From the NCBI RefSeq assembly GCF_009914755.1, contig NC_060931.1: a stretch of DNA of 64,000 nt; one strand, 5' to 3'. This DNA is from the human T2T-CHM13v2.0 reference genome, Homo sapiens. Shown piece after piece: positions 1 through 15,629 of this stretch. Below the pieces are notes generated by a model. That model searched no databases and was not told the DNA's origin. It saw only the letters and a program-made list of their open reading frames with translations. The stretch's first letter is position 1, and each line of letters starts with the position of its first letter. The translations under genes and the position numbers were made by a program.

Positions 1-29
1 TATTTCAGTGTCTCTCATGAGGCAAAATG

Positions 30-210
30 CATGGTACTTGACACATTCTCTTACTTCTGCTCACAACACTCTTCATAGCTCTCCATCTGGTTAACTGATG
101 CATCCTTCCAGTCTCATCCTAAATACCCTTCCCTGGAGAGGCCCTACCTAGCCACCCAATTTAAATTACTTCTCACTGTTTAACTCTCTTATAACACCTT
201 GCACATTTTC
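30..210 (+). mobile_element. L2 LINE 3' fragment
   Basis: catccttccagtctcatcctaaatacccttccctggagaggccctacctagccacccaatttaaa resembles the L2 3' consensus. Boundaries approximate. Confidence 0.55.
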
Positions 211-219
211 TTGTGTTAA

Positions 220-1693
220 AGGAATATTATAATGTAGAGACATTCTATTTTACATGTTTTATATGTGTATTAGAGTATTATATTCCTAATTCCTCCCTCC
301 CATGCCATGTATCATTACCCTCATTCATTTCACTTACACATAAGCTATAATCATAGAATATATCAGTTATTATTATTTTGAACAAACTGTTGTCTCTTAG
401 CTCAATTGAGAATAGGAAATAGAAGATTTTATTTTATCTTCCCTTATTTCTTCCCTAAATCTTTCCTTTCTTTATGTAGCTCCATGTTTCTGATCTGTAT
501 AATTTTTTTTCTCTCTAAAGAACTTTTTTAAAAAGCATTTTTTGCAAGGCAGGTCTACTGACAATACATTCCCTCAGTTTTTGGTTGTCTGAGAAAGTTT
601 TTATTTCTCTTTCACTTTTGAAGGGTAATTTTGCGTGGTACAGAATTACAGGCTGGTGGTTTTTCCTCAATACTTTGAATTTTTCACTCTGTTCTGTGCT
701 TGCTTGCCTGGTTTCTGAGACATCAGATGTAATTCTTATAATTACTGCTCTATAAATAAGATGTTTTTCCCTCTGGCTTCAGTCAATATGTTTTCTTTAT
801 TTTGGATTTTCTGCAGTTTGAATATTATATGCCTGAATATAAGTGTAGGGCTTTTTCCTTCTCTCTTCTTGTGCTTTTTTTTTCTTTTTGGCACTTATCC
901 TACTTGGTATTCTCTCCACTTCCTGAAATTGTGGTTGGGTCTCATATTAATTGGTGAAGTTCTTAGTCATTATTATTTCAAATATTTCTTCTGTTCCTTT
1001 TTCTCTTTCTTTTTCTTCTTGCATTCCCTGTGTTTGTATGTTACACCTTTTGTAATTGTCTCAAATCCTTTAATATTCTATTTTATTTTTTTCAGTCTTT
1101 TTTTTTTTTGCTTTGCTTTTCAATTTTGGAAGTATTTATTGACATATCTTCAAATATGAAAATCCTTTCCTCAGCCATGTCCAGCCCATTAAAAGCATTT
1201 AAAATTTTTCTGTGACAGTGTTTTTGATTCTAGAATTTATTTAATTCTGCCTTAGAATGTCCAGCTGTCTGCTTACGTTGCCCATCTGTTCTTGGGTGTT
1301 GCCTACTTTTTCCAACAAAGCCTTTAACATTATTCTTTCATATTCCTAATCTTATAATTCCCACATCCCTGCCATATCTGAATCTGGTTCTGATGCTTGT
1401 TCTGTCTTTTCAAGCTGTATGTTTTGCTTTTTAGTATGCCTTGTAATTTTTTGTTGAAAGTATAACGTGAAGTACCTGGTACTGTTTCCTACAGAGATTT
1501 CTGCTTTGCTATGCTGTGATTCTCATTACCTGTTTGTCTGTTTCTCCACTTTTAGGCATAGTGGTTTGTCCTGAGACCTCACTTTTCTGTGGGTCTAAGA
1601 AGGCTGTTGATTTTCAGTTCATTCAGCTTTTCACTTGTTAGGATGGAGTAACAGCTTCCCAGTTTATTCCCAGCCAGGCCAAAGGCCAGAATC
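220..1693 (-). mobile_element. Ancient L1 (L1MD/L1M-type) 5'UTR/ORF1-region fragment
   Basis: T-rich antisense L1 sequence (gtctgagaaagtttttatttctctttcacttttgaagg...). The reverse complement of 1480-1690 is homologous to the L1 5' segment at 58110-58290. Confidence 0.75.
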
Positions 1694-3045
1694 AAATTTC
1701 CTTTTAAGTACACAGTTTATAAACAGTTATTTTTGTGACTTTGTTTCCGTTCTTTTTAGCTTTCTAGGAGAGACATTTAAAAAATAATCACCCTTACACT
1801 TAGCAACTTATGTGTAGTACTACTCTCAGTCTCAAGTACATAGTAAAAAATCTGTCAATATTTCAGATTTAAGGAAAAAGAAATTAAGTCCTAGATCTAT
1901 TTAGTCACTGCAGCAGATACGTGTGACTACTTTTGTGAGCATCATTCTGCTTAAACATTCTCTATTGAGTTACAGCTTTTAAAAACTCCTAACTACTAGT
2001 TAAAACTAAGAAACTTTTATTTGTGCTTAGATGTGCTTTGATCTCCGGTGGGTGTTCACATGAATAACAGTGCTTTTTGAAATTCATATGCCAAACTACT
2101 CTCTCTTAGATAGTGTTTACTTGTAAGAACACCAGGCAATATGTTGTAATCATTGCCTTAAGGTTTATGGTGGGTTTGACTTCTATAAACACTAATGAGA
2201 ATCACTTGGCTGCTTCTATGCATAAAGTACTAGAATCCGGTCCCTAGGTTATGTTGCTTTTGCATTTGTATGGCTAATGCGTGTCATTAAACCATAATGG
2301 TAAACATAACTACTTGGAAATCATGTTTCACCTTTTTCTCCTGTGGATCCCAAATCAAATTGCAAACAATTAATTATGGTTACAACACCACTGCAGAGTA
2401 ATTTTCAGTAGGAATATATTAAGAGGGGCTACACCGTTTCTGACGTTTCAACTGATAAGAAGTGACAACTCTTAGAAAGGCAGTCCTTACAAATCCACAA
2501 TATATAAGGGTAGGAAAAGTAAATACCATCTTCAATATAATTAGACAAAGAAATTGGCAGATATATTTAACTCTTAAAAGTTCTGCCAGGACCCTACGCT
2601 TAAAAATTGCGGGGTAATTTAAAGTATTCCAATCAAGTTTGGATTCCATTTTTGTGGCTGATCTTCAGCAAGTACATTTTTCCTAAATAAAGAAATAATA
2701 TTTGTAGAACTTTAAAATATCATCTCATCTTTCCTGGCTTTCATGTGCTCCGTGATAACTTGATTAGCCCAAGGAAGACGAAGAGATATCTGAATGGCCT
2801 GGACATGGCATGTAAAAATGACTCAGCCAACAGCTGGAAAGAAGCTGCTGGCCTTCAGGTCAGTATTTACTGGGGTGTGGTGAATTAAAACCAGATGTGC
2901 AAGCATGGACAGCTGCAGCGGAAATGCTTCTCAGTGCTATTTGCCAGCCGTGTTCCACAAAGTGGAGATAAAAGTGGTGGCAGTCAGGCAAGATCACTGT
3001 TCTCATGATCCTTACCTTCTAATGGAGAGAGACAGCATATTTGGC

Positions 3046-4622
<1,577 letters not shown>

Positions 4623-4960
4623 GAGTAAACAAATAAATTATCAAAATAATCACAAATATGATAAGGGCTGCAATTATAATAAAATATGATGGGGGATGAT
4701 TGATCACTGGAATATAACTTACTAAGGAGTTCTTTCTTCACTTCCCAATCAAAGCTAGTAATATGTTGGCTAAGTAACCTGGATGACTATTACTTGTCTT
4801 GATTAGGCTTGATTAGAACTCTCCACAATTCAAATTATTTATCAGAATAGTGACTGATAATTTAGTTTTGTGTGTAAAAAAATTATAAGCTCCATGAATG
4901 CATATTTTGTTCTGTTAAACTTTTATTCTTAATAAATTATTCTGGATCTGACTTAAGTTA

Positions 4961-5010
4961 TATATGTGTGCATGTGTGCATGCATGTGTGTGTATGTGTG
5001 TGTTTGTGTA
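4961..5010. repeat. (TG)n/(CATG)n degenerate microsatellite
   Basis: tatatgtgtgcatgtgtgcatgcatgtgtgtgtatgtgtgtgtttgtg. Confidence 0.8.
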
Positions 5011-5064
5011 GAATGAATAAATTATTGAGACCAGAGAGGACATAAATTTGAGAGACAGAATTGG

Positions 5065-5340
5065 GCATGATGAGTTCTGTTTCTCCATTATGAACATGAA
5101 AGGGGTCTAGGCTGTCTACTTGGCAGATGGCTAATGCAAGGTGGAATACGTGGGGCTGGCCCTTAGCAGGGAATCTGGGCTGGAGATAAAGATGTGGACA
5201 CTCTCAGCTTATAGCTGCCAGTTAAGACTAATCTCACACAAGACTTGCTAATAGTCCGTAAAGGGAAAATGGCCAGGGATAAAATCCTGAGGCACACTGA
5301 CATTTGGAGAGTAAGTGAGAAACCTAGAGAAAAAATTGAG
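5065..5340 (-). mobile_element. L2 fragment
   Basis: gaatctgggctggagataaagatgtggacactctcagcttatag matches the antisense L2 motif ggtctgggctggagatataaatttgggagtcatcagc. Confidence 0.6.
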
Positions 5341-6619
5341 AAGTGCTCCCCTACACACCTGCCCTAACGCAAAACTGTCACTTTTCCTACACTAATTATT
5401 ATTTTGTGTATTTATCTAACTCTTCGAAGAATGGATTTTAATCCATTTTATTTTACAGGTTTAACAGATTTTAATATGAGTTTATTTTAATCATCTTTGT
5501 ATCCCTAGCAACTAGCACAAAATACTCATCAACTTCGATCCATTTTTTGAGTTACTATTTCAATAAATGTAAGTTTATCATTTAAATTTTGGGAGTGTTT
5601 TTCACTCAGATTTTCTTTCATTCCTGTTAGGAAACAACCAAGATAAGATTGCTGTTGTAATAGGATTATCTCCAATCATCAGATTGATTAAATGTTCTCT
5701 AACCTGTAACTTGCAGTGTTTCTTGAAAAACATCCTTTCTTAGTCCTTGATTTTTGAAAAAAAAAAAATGGCTTTTAGTCAGTGAGCATTAGGAGTTGAA
5801 GCAAATGAGTTCATCTTTGGCTGAGAAGTCAATAGGATTCTGCTGCTTACTTTTTTTTTTAATGCCTCTAAAGCTTTCATTCTCAAAATGCATGGGAATA
5901 AGCCATTTAGAAAGTGCATCAGTAACAAAATCTTATAGGGCTGTGTATACACATACTTGGTAAAATCTACCTATGATTTTTGAAAATATTTATTAAATTC
6001 CGAAACTCAATTCTCTAAAGGTATAAGGCCAATATTAATAATTTTCATTTGATACCAAGAAACACCTTATATCAAACTTGATAAAGGAGTTACTCTCTGA
6101 ACTAGGAAAATCAAATCTAATTTTCAGTGACCTAAAATTAAGAAAAAAATAGGTCACCATTAGCACTAAGTTTGTGTAAAATACAAAATGTCAAATGTAT
6201 GAATCAGCCTGATATAATTAAGACCTCTGCTCCATGGAACTATTAAAGTAGAAATACACAAACATAAGTCAACAAGCAAATTGTACATTGTAAACTATCA
6301 TACCCATGTAAACTATACACACCCATGCATACACACACATTCATAAAACAATGTTCCAGAGAAAAACACATGCTTCAATAAACAGCAAATCATAAAATTT
6401 AGTTTGCTTTTTCAGTAGCAAATGAAAATATATAGAACTTCAGGAAATGAGAAAGTTGGAGGATTCTTGAAGAGGCCTTGAGTTGTCTTTTAGGGATGAA
6501 TCATCTCCCCAAATTCGTGAACACAGAAATACCCCATGGATTTTTACTCATAGTCTGCTGGCCACACAAGGGAAGAGGAGATATGAGATTGTAGGATAGT
6601 AGCAGGTACAAAACTGGTA

Positions 6620-6858
6620 CAGGTTGAATAGCCCAAATCCAAAAAACCCAAGTCTGAAATGTTACAAAAGTCTAAACTTTTTGACTACTGACAAGACGAT
6701 CTCAAAAAAAATACTCACTGGAACAATTCAGATTTTGGATTTTTGAATTCAGAATACCCAACCAGGAAGTATAATGCAAACATTCCAAAATAAAAAAAAA
6801 AAATCCAAAATTCAAAATACTTCTGGTGTTAAGCATTGGATAAGAGACAGTCATCCTT
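6620..6858 (+). mobile_element. Tigger4a/MER46A-like MITE (TcMar-Tigger)
   Basis: Starts TA-caggttgaatagccc, has internal aaatccaaaa repeats and ends ggataagagacagtcatcct. About 240 bp. Confidence 0.85.
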
Positions 6859-8960
6859 TCCTTTACATTTAATAATGGAAAATAAAATGTTTCACCTAAA
6901 TTGCCTAGTATTGTTGTACATTATTTTAAATCTGCCATTCCACTGTGGCCTAACGTCCTCAAGCCAAGGTTGATAAAAATGCTAAATATTAACTTAAATT
7001 ACAAAATACATTACAGATAGAGTCAATGTCCACATCATGTCTCTGTAGAAGCGAGCTGTTAACAGGCACTGGTGGGATGCCTTGCCCTTAAGAGGCTACA
7101 GTCTGATGTGAGTTGCTTTATTCTCATCCCGCAAACATCCAATCCTCTCCAGACACTTGTACTCAGGAATGTGTCTAGGTTTAGCGGGTCCGCCGAAGCT
7201 TACACAATTTAAAGAAAACAGCTTCAAACTGGTCAACAAAATTATAACACATCTTAAAACATGTCGCCTTTTGAAACCTAGCATCTGGCTGCGTGCATTT
7301 CCAGCTTTGTGACTCCTCCGCTCCACATCCGTCCAGCCCCAGCCCTGGAGGACACACCCTTACTGCCACGCCATCTTTGTTTCCTGACCTGGTGACACCA
7401 GCTTACCCTCTCTTAGTCATCTGGTCTCCTCTTCAACTTTGCCTCAAACTTACACAGACAATTCTGGACTTCCAGATATTTGGATTTTAGAGTTTTGCAC
7501 ATTAGAACCCACAGATGCCACCAGCGTACCTTCTGTCTTCTGTTGTTGATTTCACACGACTTCCTGGAGACCTGATGGCCAGACTCGCCTCTGATGGAAA
7601 GCAACTGACCTCAATTGACTGAGCAGGAATGCCTGCAACTGGCAGGATAGAACATGTGGCCCAACGCTGAGCACATCTTCCGCATATGTCCTCTGCATGT
7701 GGCTTGTGAATAATGCTGTTTGGGATCTGATCTATTTACTGGTTGTTCCATATGAGTATATGCAGTTTTCCTTCTCTGAACCTGATGTCATTACTTCACT
7801 GTCATAGCTTTACCTGGCTGGCTGCCTCCTGTCACACTAGCCCATGCACTGGTCACAGAAATACATTTGGGCTAGAAAAAAACCAAGACCTTGAGTAAGC
7901 AATTGCTCCAATGGCTAAATCTTGGGCAAGGCTTTCTCCTGGGACTTATTGCTGGAAAATTACACCAGACCTTCTCTACTTAGGTTTGAAAATATTCTTT
8001 TGATTTTCATTTTTACCACTATTTAATAAAAATTCTGCCCCAAACCAAAGCAACTCAGTTTTAACAATCTGTTAGTACTGAAAACTCGTATACTTTTAAA
8101 ATGTCCGAAGGTACCTCTTTTATGAGTCAGGCAATATCAAAAAGTGTATGCCTCAATATAATCAAATATGTTCTTTAAAGAATTTTAGAAAAGTTAGTGG
8201 AACAAACAAACAAATGCTGTTTTCAATAACATTGTAATGGAAGTTGAACATTTTTATAGTTTCTTTTTTTCTAATAGTGATTCCATCAATAGCATCCATG
8301 TATATCATCTAACTTAATCTTCACCTCAACTCTGGGACTCAGTGAAGGATGATACAACCTCCAATAACATCATTCTCTTGATATTTCGAGAATAATATTT
8401 TGGAGGTATTATCTGTGCAGTTCAACACTTTACCAAAAGATTTACCTCTTTCAGCAGAGCAGAAATTTAGCCTGACAAAAGTGGGGAGGTAGAGAATTAG
8501 TGTGAAAAAAGTTTCCCCTTTCCTTTCTCAATTTAAAGGAAGGGTCACAGAATATGGGTCTGAATGAGAGTCACATAGTTTTGAATTTCATTTGGAGCCC
8601 CAAACACCACAAGCTGTATACCCTTCAATCAAAAAGAAAATTATAACTCTGAGCTGCATTTCTATCAGAGAAAAGCAAATGTTGTGATTTTTGCACTGAA
8701 ATCAAATTTAGCTGGAATGATTCAATAAAATGATGGTATCATTATAAATGTTGCACTCTTTCTTAAAGTTTGATTAGTCTAGACACCTGAGTTGAAAAAT
8801 GACTGTTGCCTGATACTTCAAAGCACACTTGACAACTTTGATTAAATATTTATGTTAAATGTAGATGACTTAAAATGAAATGTGTTCCAATCAAGACACT
8901 AGCAAGCAGAACATATGTAACTTGTCAGCGTTAGAGCTCTGGTTTCGGGCAGTTTGATTT

Positions 8961-9012
8961 GAGGTTCAGCCAACTCCAGAGGTACAGTCAACTCCAGAGG
9001 TGCAGCTCTCCA
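8961..9012. repeat. 18-bp tandem repeat, ~3 copies
   Basis: gaggttcagccaactcca / gaggtacagtcaactcca / gaggtgcagctctcca. Confidence 0.85.
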
Positions 9013-9862
9013 ACTTCCACTACTTAAATGGGGGTCACAGCAGGTCTGCGTTTCACGTGGCAGTATCCAAGCAACTCAATATCCAGTAATTCCCTGGAAT
9101 TGTTGAAAAGAATAAAAAGTAAGCAAGGAGCAGCTTGTTGTATTCTCTCTTTCCTCCTTGTATTACAACCATAAACCCCCATATATGCTCTCTCGTAAAC
9201 AAGATTTTAGAGCACCGTCGAGGGAAACTCTCTTAATCTTTTAAAATGTTTTTAAAACGTTTGTAATTCCAGTTCTTATTCCTAATTACTTGAGAATTTA
9301 TATGTGTCTGTTCAATTCAAAACAACCCTATTGCATTTTCTTTTGAAGTAAGCTATCCATAACATATTTGCATTTATGTTCTGAGAGAAATAATTAATAT
9401 CAGCTTAATTGCTGAAGTCAGGAAATTGGAAGCCATGTTTAGCTTCCCTTTGTCATTCCTCCCACACTCTAGCTGGTGGGAAGCATCATCAAGCCTATCT
9501 GACATGCTTTGTATCTGTCATCCTCCGGACCAGCCCTGAACCAGACTGGCTCTCCATGGCCTTGCATCAGCCTAGACTGTGGTGCCAATTCTAGCTCATG
9601 CCTTAGCTTGTGTGCATCTCTACACCACCACAATCTAGCCACACATTCCAGAAAGATCTTAAGTAAATCAAATCTGACATTTTGGTTGCTTTGAATCTAC
9701 ATTCATTAATTCTAAAGGCATTGCTTACATTTTATCATTCTTTTTTTGCTTTTTATCTTTGTATCATATTTTACAGAGATAAGTATGCAATTTTTGTTTT
9801 GATTACACTTACTGAAAAAATACATGCTTACTTCACAGAAAATCCAATGACAATTATTTTTA

Positions 9863-10196
<334 letters not shown>

Positions 10197-11052
10197 ACAA
10201 TATTTTTTAAAGTGAAAACTGAATGACCTCTACCTTGTACTCACTCAAGATTAATCAGTGTTAACAGAGTATTATCTATCTCCCAGGGATTAAAATTTAT
10301 TCAATGGCTTCCCATTGCTGACAGCATAAATCATACCCTCGGAATTCCTTTTTGGACCTTCCCTCTCTTTTTCCTTGCAAAGTGGAGCACAGACTGGAAT
10401 GGGAGGAAAATGCACAATGTGTTTGAACTTTTGCCTCTGTTTACTGCACCCATTTATTTCTCAAACTTGAGATTAAACAACACCCTCTAGCAAAGTTTTC
10501 CTATTGGCTTCTCTTAGTTAGGGCTTTTTGTTTAAAAGAAAAGCAGATACTCAAGCCATCACTAGTTGGGCACTAGCAGTTACTTTCAGGATATACAGGT
10601 TATTTGAAAATAAAGCTTCAATTATGATAGATTTCATGGAAGCTGCAATTAGCATTGAGACAGCATCATCATCCTTTTTGCTGGTGTCTCCATTTTTATC
10701 TTATGTCATCTCTAATGCTCTCTGAAGCCACGCCCTTTTCAGTAGTTGAAAACCTTTTATTTGCTGCTTTCTCCTAATGCCAATTGGTACGTAAATTTGA
10801 TTGTCTTGGCCCTGGCTTAAAGTTACACATGCTTCTGCCTTTTGCCTTCCTGGTTGCTTACCAGCTTTTGTATTTCCCAACTGAAAATTACTGCAAAAAA
10901 TACTTTGGGTACAATATATACTTTTTTCCTTTTAGGTCACAAGATGTACATTGCTGGCCTCAGCTGGATTTTCCCAGGGTCAGGTGCCCATTCCTACCTA
11001 ATCAAAGGTAAGGATGAAGTTGGCCTTCTGTGTGAGCCGGTGGGGGAGGGGA

Positions 11053-11962
11053 TGAGATGGTTAATTTGATGTGTCAACTCATCCAGGTTATGGGGTCAAG
11101 TTCTTTGGTCAAACACTAATCCAAATGCTGCTCTGAAGGCATTTTATAAATGTTACAATCAATTGACTTTAAGTAAAATAAAAATCATCCTTGATAATGC
11201 AGATGAGCTTCATTCAATCAGTCAAAGACCTTAAGAGCAAAAACTGGGGTTTTCAGAGAAGAAGGATTTCTGCCTCCAGACCTTACCACAGAAATCCTGC
11301 TGAGTTCCCAGATGCCAGACTACCTTACAGATGTGGGACTTGCCAGTCCCACAACCGCATAAGCCAATCTGATCCTGAAAATATCTACCTATCTATCTAT
11401 CTATCTACCTATCTATCTATCTATCTGTGTCTATTTTTCTATCTGTCCATTTCTATCTGTCTCTGTCTATCTCTATCTATCTGTCTATCTGTGTCTATTT
11501 GTCTATCTGTCCATCTATCTCTCTATCTCTATCTATCTGTCTCTGTGTCTATTTGTCTATCTATATCTGTCTCTCTATCTCTATCTGTGTCTATCTATCT
11601 ATATCTATCTCTATCTGTCTGTCTATCTGTCTGTGTCTCATTGTCTGTCTATCTATTTCTATCTCTGTCTGTGGTCAATCTATCTGTGTCCAGTTGTCTA
11701 TCTATCTGTCTATCTATCTATCTGTGTCTATTTTTCTATCTGTCCATCTCTATCTATCTCTATCTATCTGTCTGTGTCTATTTGTCTATCTGTCCATCTA
11801 TCTCTCTATTTCTATCTATCTATCTATCTGTCTCTGTGTCTATTTGTCTACCTATCTATATCTATCTATCTCTATCTCTATTTGTGTCTATCTCTATCTA
11901 TCTATCTATCTCTGTCTGTCTATCTATCTGTGTCTCATTTTCTGTCTATCTATCTATCTATC

Positions 11963-12006
<44 letters not shown>

Positions 12007-12192
12007 CTATCTCTGTCTGTGGTCAATCTATCTGTGTCCAGTTGTCTATCTATCTGTCTATCTATCTATCTATCTGCCTATCTATCTATCTATCTATCAA
12101 TCTATCTATCTATCTATCTATCTGTCTGTCTATCTGTGAAGATCACATCTATCCTACTGCTGCTGTTTCTCTGGAGACCTTTGACTGATATG
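11053..12192 (+). mobile_element. MLT2D-like ERVL LTR with an expanded internal microsatellite
   Basis: Starts tgagatggttaatttgatgtgtcaac. Ends with cctactgctgctgtttctctggagacctttgactgata, the MLT2 3' end. Confidence 0.85.
11381..12136. repeat. Complex (TCTA)n/(TCTG)n microsatellite, ~750 bp
   Basis: Directly visible. It produces the spurious 334/253/168-aa S/L/I/Y/C-rich ORFs. Confidence 0.97.
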
Positions 12193-12254
12193 TAATTTCT
12201 ATTTCAAGGCTATAGTGGGTTGGCACCATAGAGCATTTCTTTGACAGTGTTCTG

Positions 12255-12650
12255 TTGTGTTAACAAGGTAATGTAAACTGCCATTACAAAATAACCCAAA
12301 AGGTCAGCTCCAACAATGGAGATGGATGCCTTGCACACATAGGGCCACTGCATGTGTTCCTGGTGAGGAGTTGGCTTCCACGCACTGTGAGGTGCTCAGG
12401 CCTCTCCCATCACGGGGCTTTGCCTTCTCCTAAAACCTTGGTATCCTTCCATCCAGCTGTCGGATGAGGAAAGAGGGTGGATGGGCGCCTCTTCCATTAG
12501 GCTCCCTGGCGCAGAAGTGATACACTTCAATTCTCTTCATGTTCCATTGATGTAACAGGTCATGAGTCCTCACACGTTTTCAAGAGTTTGGAAAATGATC
12601 TCCCTTGCCAGACTGCCAATCTTCAAAGGGAGTTCTATATGTGGAAGAAA
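12255..12650 (-). mobile_element. MLT1J/K-like MaLR LTR
   Basis: cagaagtgatacacttcaattctcttcatgttccattg and ccatccagctg...gaggaaagag are antisense MLT1 motifs. Confidence 0.55.
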
Positions 12651-13814
12651 AAGAAAAAATTTATGTGCATTTATGCTGTTTAATACACTCATCATATATA
12701 GTATTTTTGCAACAGCAAAAATAACACTCTTAATTTAGTATGTAATTATATATGTCATATACTTAATATACAAAATATTTTCCTTGCTAACCTATATGAT
12801 TTCAAATGCCTGGAACAATAGATAATTCATGTGATTACTTGAGAGTATGTAAATTTTAATATGTTAACATATACTGGCAAAGTTCTAAAAGTTGCGATTT
12901 TATGGGAGGCCAAATTATGTACATATTAGTTTGTCTGAAGACTTGAGCCAAAAGGAAACTAATACACTTCTGAGCTACAATATGGACATAATGTCATGAA
13001 GCAGGAACATTATGCTCCATTTCAGGACACTTCTGCTGACCTGCACCTAGAATACCCTGTTCTGTGCTGATGACTCAGATGTAAGAATGATGAAGTGCAT
13101 CGGCTGGCATGCAGAGAACAATAAGAAAAAGAACTGAGTTGTGGGAAGACATGAGGAAAGGACATGAGGCTCTTAATAACAGCTGCCAAGTACTGCAGTC
13201 GGGAATCTGGAGCAAAGTGATTCAATTCTGACCACTGCCTGTGAGTAAATGGGATTTTATTTTTCAATACTTTTGTTTAATAGTACCTCCTTCATTACAT
13301 GTGAACAGCACTCCAGGACAGTAAATCATGAAATGGGAATAAAGCCTGTAATTTTAATTAACATATTTTAAAATGTTTCTAATTTGTATGCATTTGATCA
13401 AATTTTCATTTGCATTGAGCTATTTTTTTTCTTTCTCATGTAATGTTTGACATTACCATTTCTTTCTTTAATGAAATACTAATATTTAATAAAATATATT
13501 ACATCCTTAATATGACTTGTCAGGAATTTTTCTTCCTCAAACATTTGTGTGATGAAAACGAAACCTCGCTGCACATGGAATCTCAGCTGACAAGTAAAAA
13601 GAAGCATTTTTGTATTAGCGATATCTTGTTCCCTCTTGCAACGTTTCCTTCCTCTCACCTCCATGTGACCAAAATAAATGATCAGAGTGGTTCATCCTCA
13701 CTACTGTCTCCCTTGCAGTGCAGCCTCTGTAACCATGCTCTGGGCAAGCAGGTACTCATCTGGGGACAGGCTCCAGTAATGGAGCATGCAATGCAAAAAC
13801 TGGCATTAAAACTA

Positions 13815-14293
<479 letters not shown>

Positions 14294-15381
14294 TCAACTC
14301 CTCATTCAGTCAGCCAGCCAGGCATGTGAACAGATAGCTCACCAAACAACGTGCAACACAGTGTCCCCACCAGGAGATCTCTATGAGCAAGGATCATGTT
14401 GAATTTTTTTAGTATTCCTTGCACTTTGTGGGCACTCAATTAATGCCTTTTTGCCATAAGTGGTAGTTAATAAATGCACCTAAAATTTCAGTATAAAAAA
14501 ACTACTATTCTTAGGCTTTTAGTCATGAGCTTCCTCAACAAACCTTCCCTCCCATCAGTGAGTGCTTCCCTTCGATCTGCACCTCCCAGTGTCTTGAAAG
14601 GAAAAAGAGACTGACTAATTGCCCCCATCCAAAAGTCTCTCCTCATTTCATCTCACTTAACATTTCTGCAGAGTTTGCCAAATGCAGCTATTCCTTTTCC
14701 TAAAGCAGGATGCGGGAGGGGACGTAAATAGAGATTAGAAAGAAGAAAAATATTCTTACCCTGTTGGGGGGCTGGATTTATGTGAAATCCAAAGTGAATC
14801 AGTCGTTACAGGGCTTGGCACATAGTAATTTTTCCAAAAATGTTACCACTAGTAGTATTTTGTGATCATTAAAGATGCCAGAAACATGTATGCCTCCTTG
14901 CTTTTAGCCATGTGGTTATTAGCGCTTGAGATGTACTTTTGCTTACATTTAACGTGTCAAAAATATGCTTCTCTTTAAAGGAACAATCGAAATGTCACTT
15001 CCTTTGATTACTTCCTTCATCCCCTTTATGGGGAAAATTATTGGTTTCTTCCTTAACTCTGTTGTTTCCAATGGAAATAATAATGCTAAACCTTCAGCCA
15101 TGAGAAGTGAGGTATAAAGTCATGGTGATTTACAACATCTGTCTTCTCTCCTACATTAACTGCAGGAGGGAGTAAGTCTAGCAGGGAGGCAGGCTTGGTC
15201 TCCCAGTTGCTGAAACACAAAATATTGAGGTAAGATTACAGTTTTTATTTTTAAAAAGTCAGAATTTTGCTTTGTTTTTACATTACGTGATGCCGTATGT
15301 TCAACGCATAAGTAAGAAAAATACAAAATTTTAATTTTCAATTTTTAATGTCTTTAGATTAATTTTTAATCTCATTGCAAT

Positions 15382-15575
15382 TGTATGTATATGCATATGT
15401 ATATGTATTAGGTATGTACATATGAAATACATGTTATACATTTGTATTTATTATGCATATGTAATTTATATATACATATACTATATATGAGATATATATA
15501 CATTCGTGTACTATATATTGTACATATCTTTTATGTGTATATTATATGTATATGCTCATGCATATTTGTATGTGC
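15382..15575. repeat. (TA)n/(TATG)n low-complexity tract
   Basis: Directly visible. Confidence 0.8.
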
Positions 15576-15629
15576 ACCAACAGCATATTCTCTACATTTC
15601 TGCATGAGCTTTTAAAACCAATTACTATG

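Noticed and set aside
761-1159. 132-aa hydrophobic, membrane-protein-like ORF
   Set aside because: It is the T-rich antisense strand of an L1. The Phe/Leu richness is compositional.
11191-12195. Longest ORF (334 aa) and the overlapping 253-aa and 168-aa ORFs
   Set aside because: They arise from the stop-free (TCTA)n microsatellite inside an MLT2 LTR and have low-complexity S/L/I/Y/C composition.
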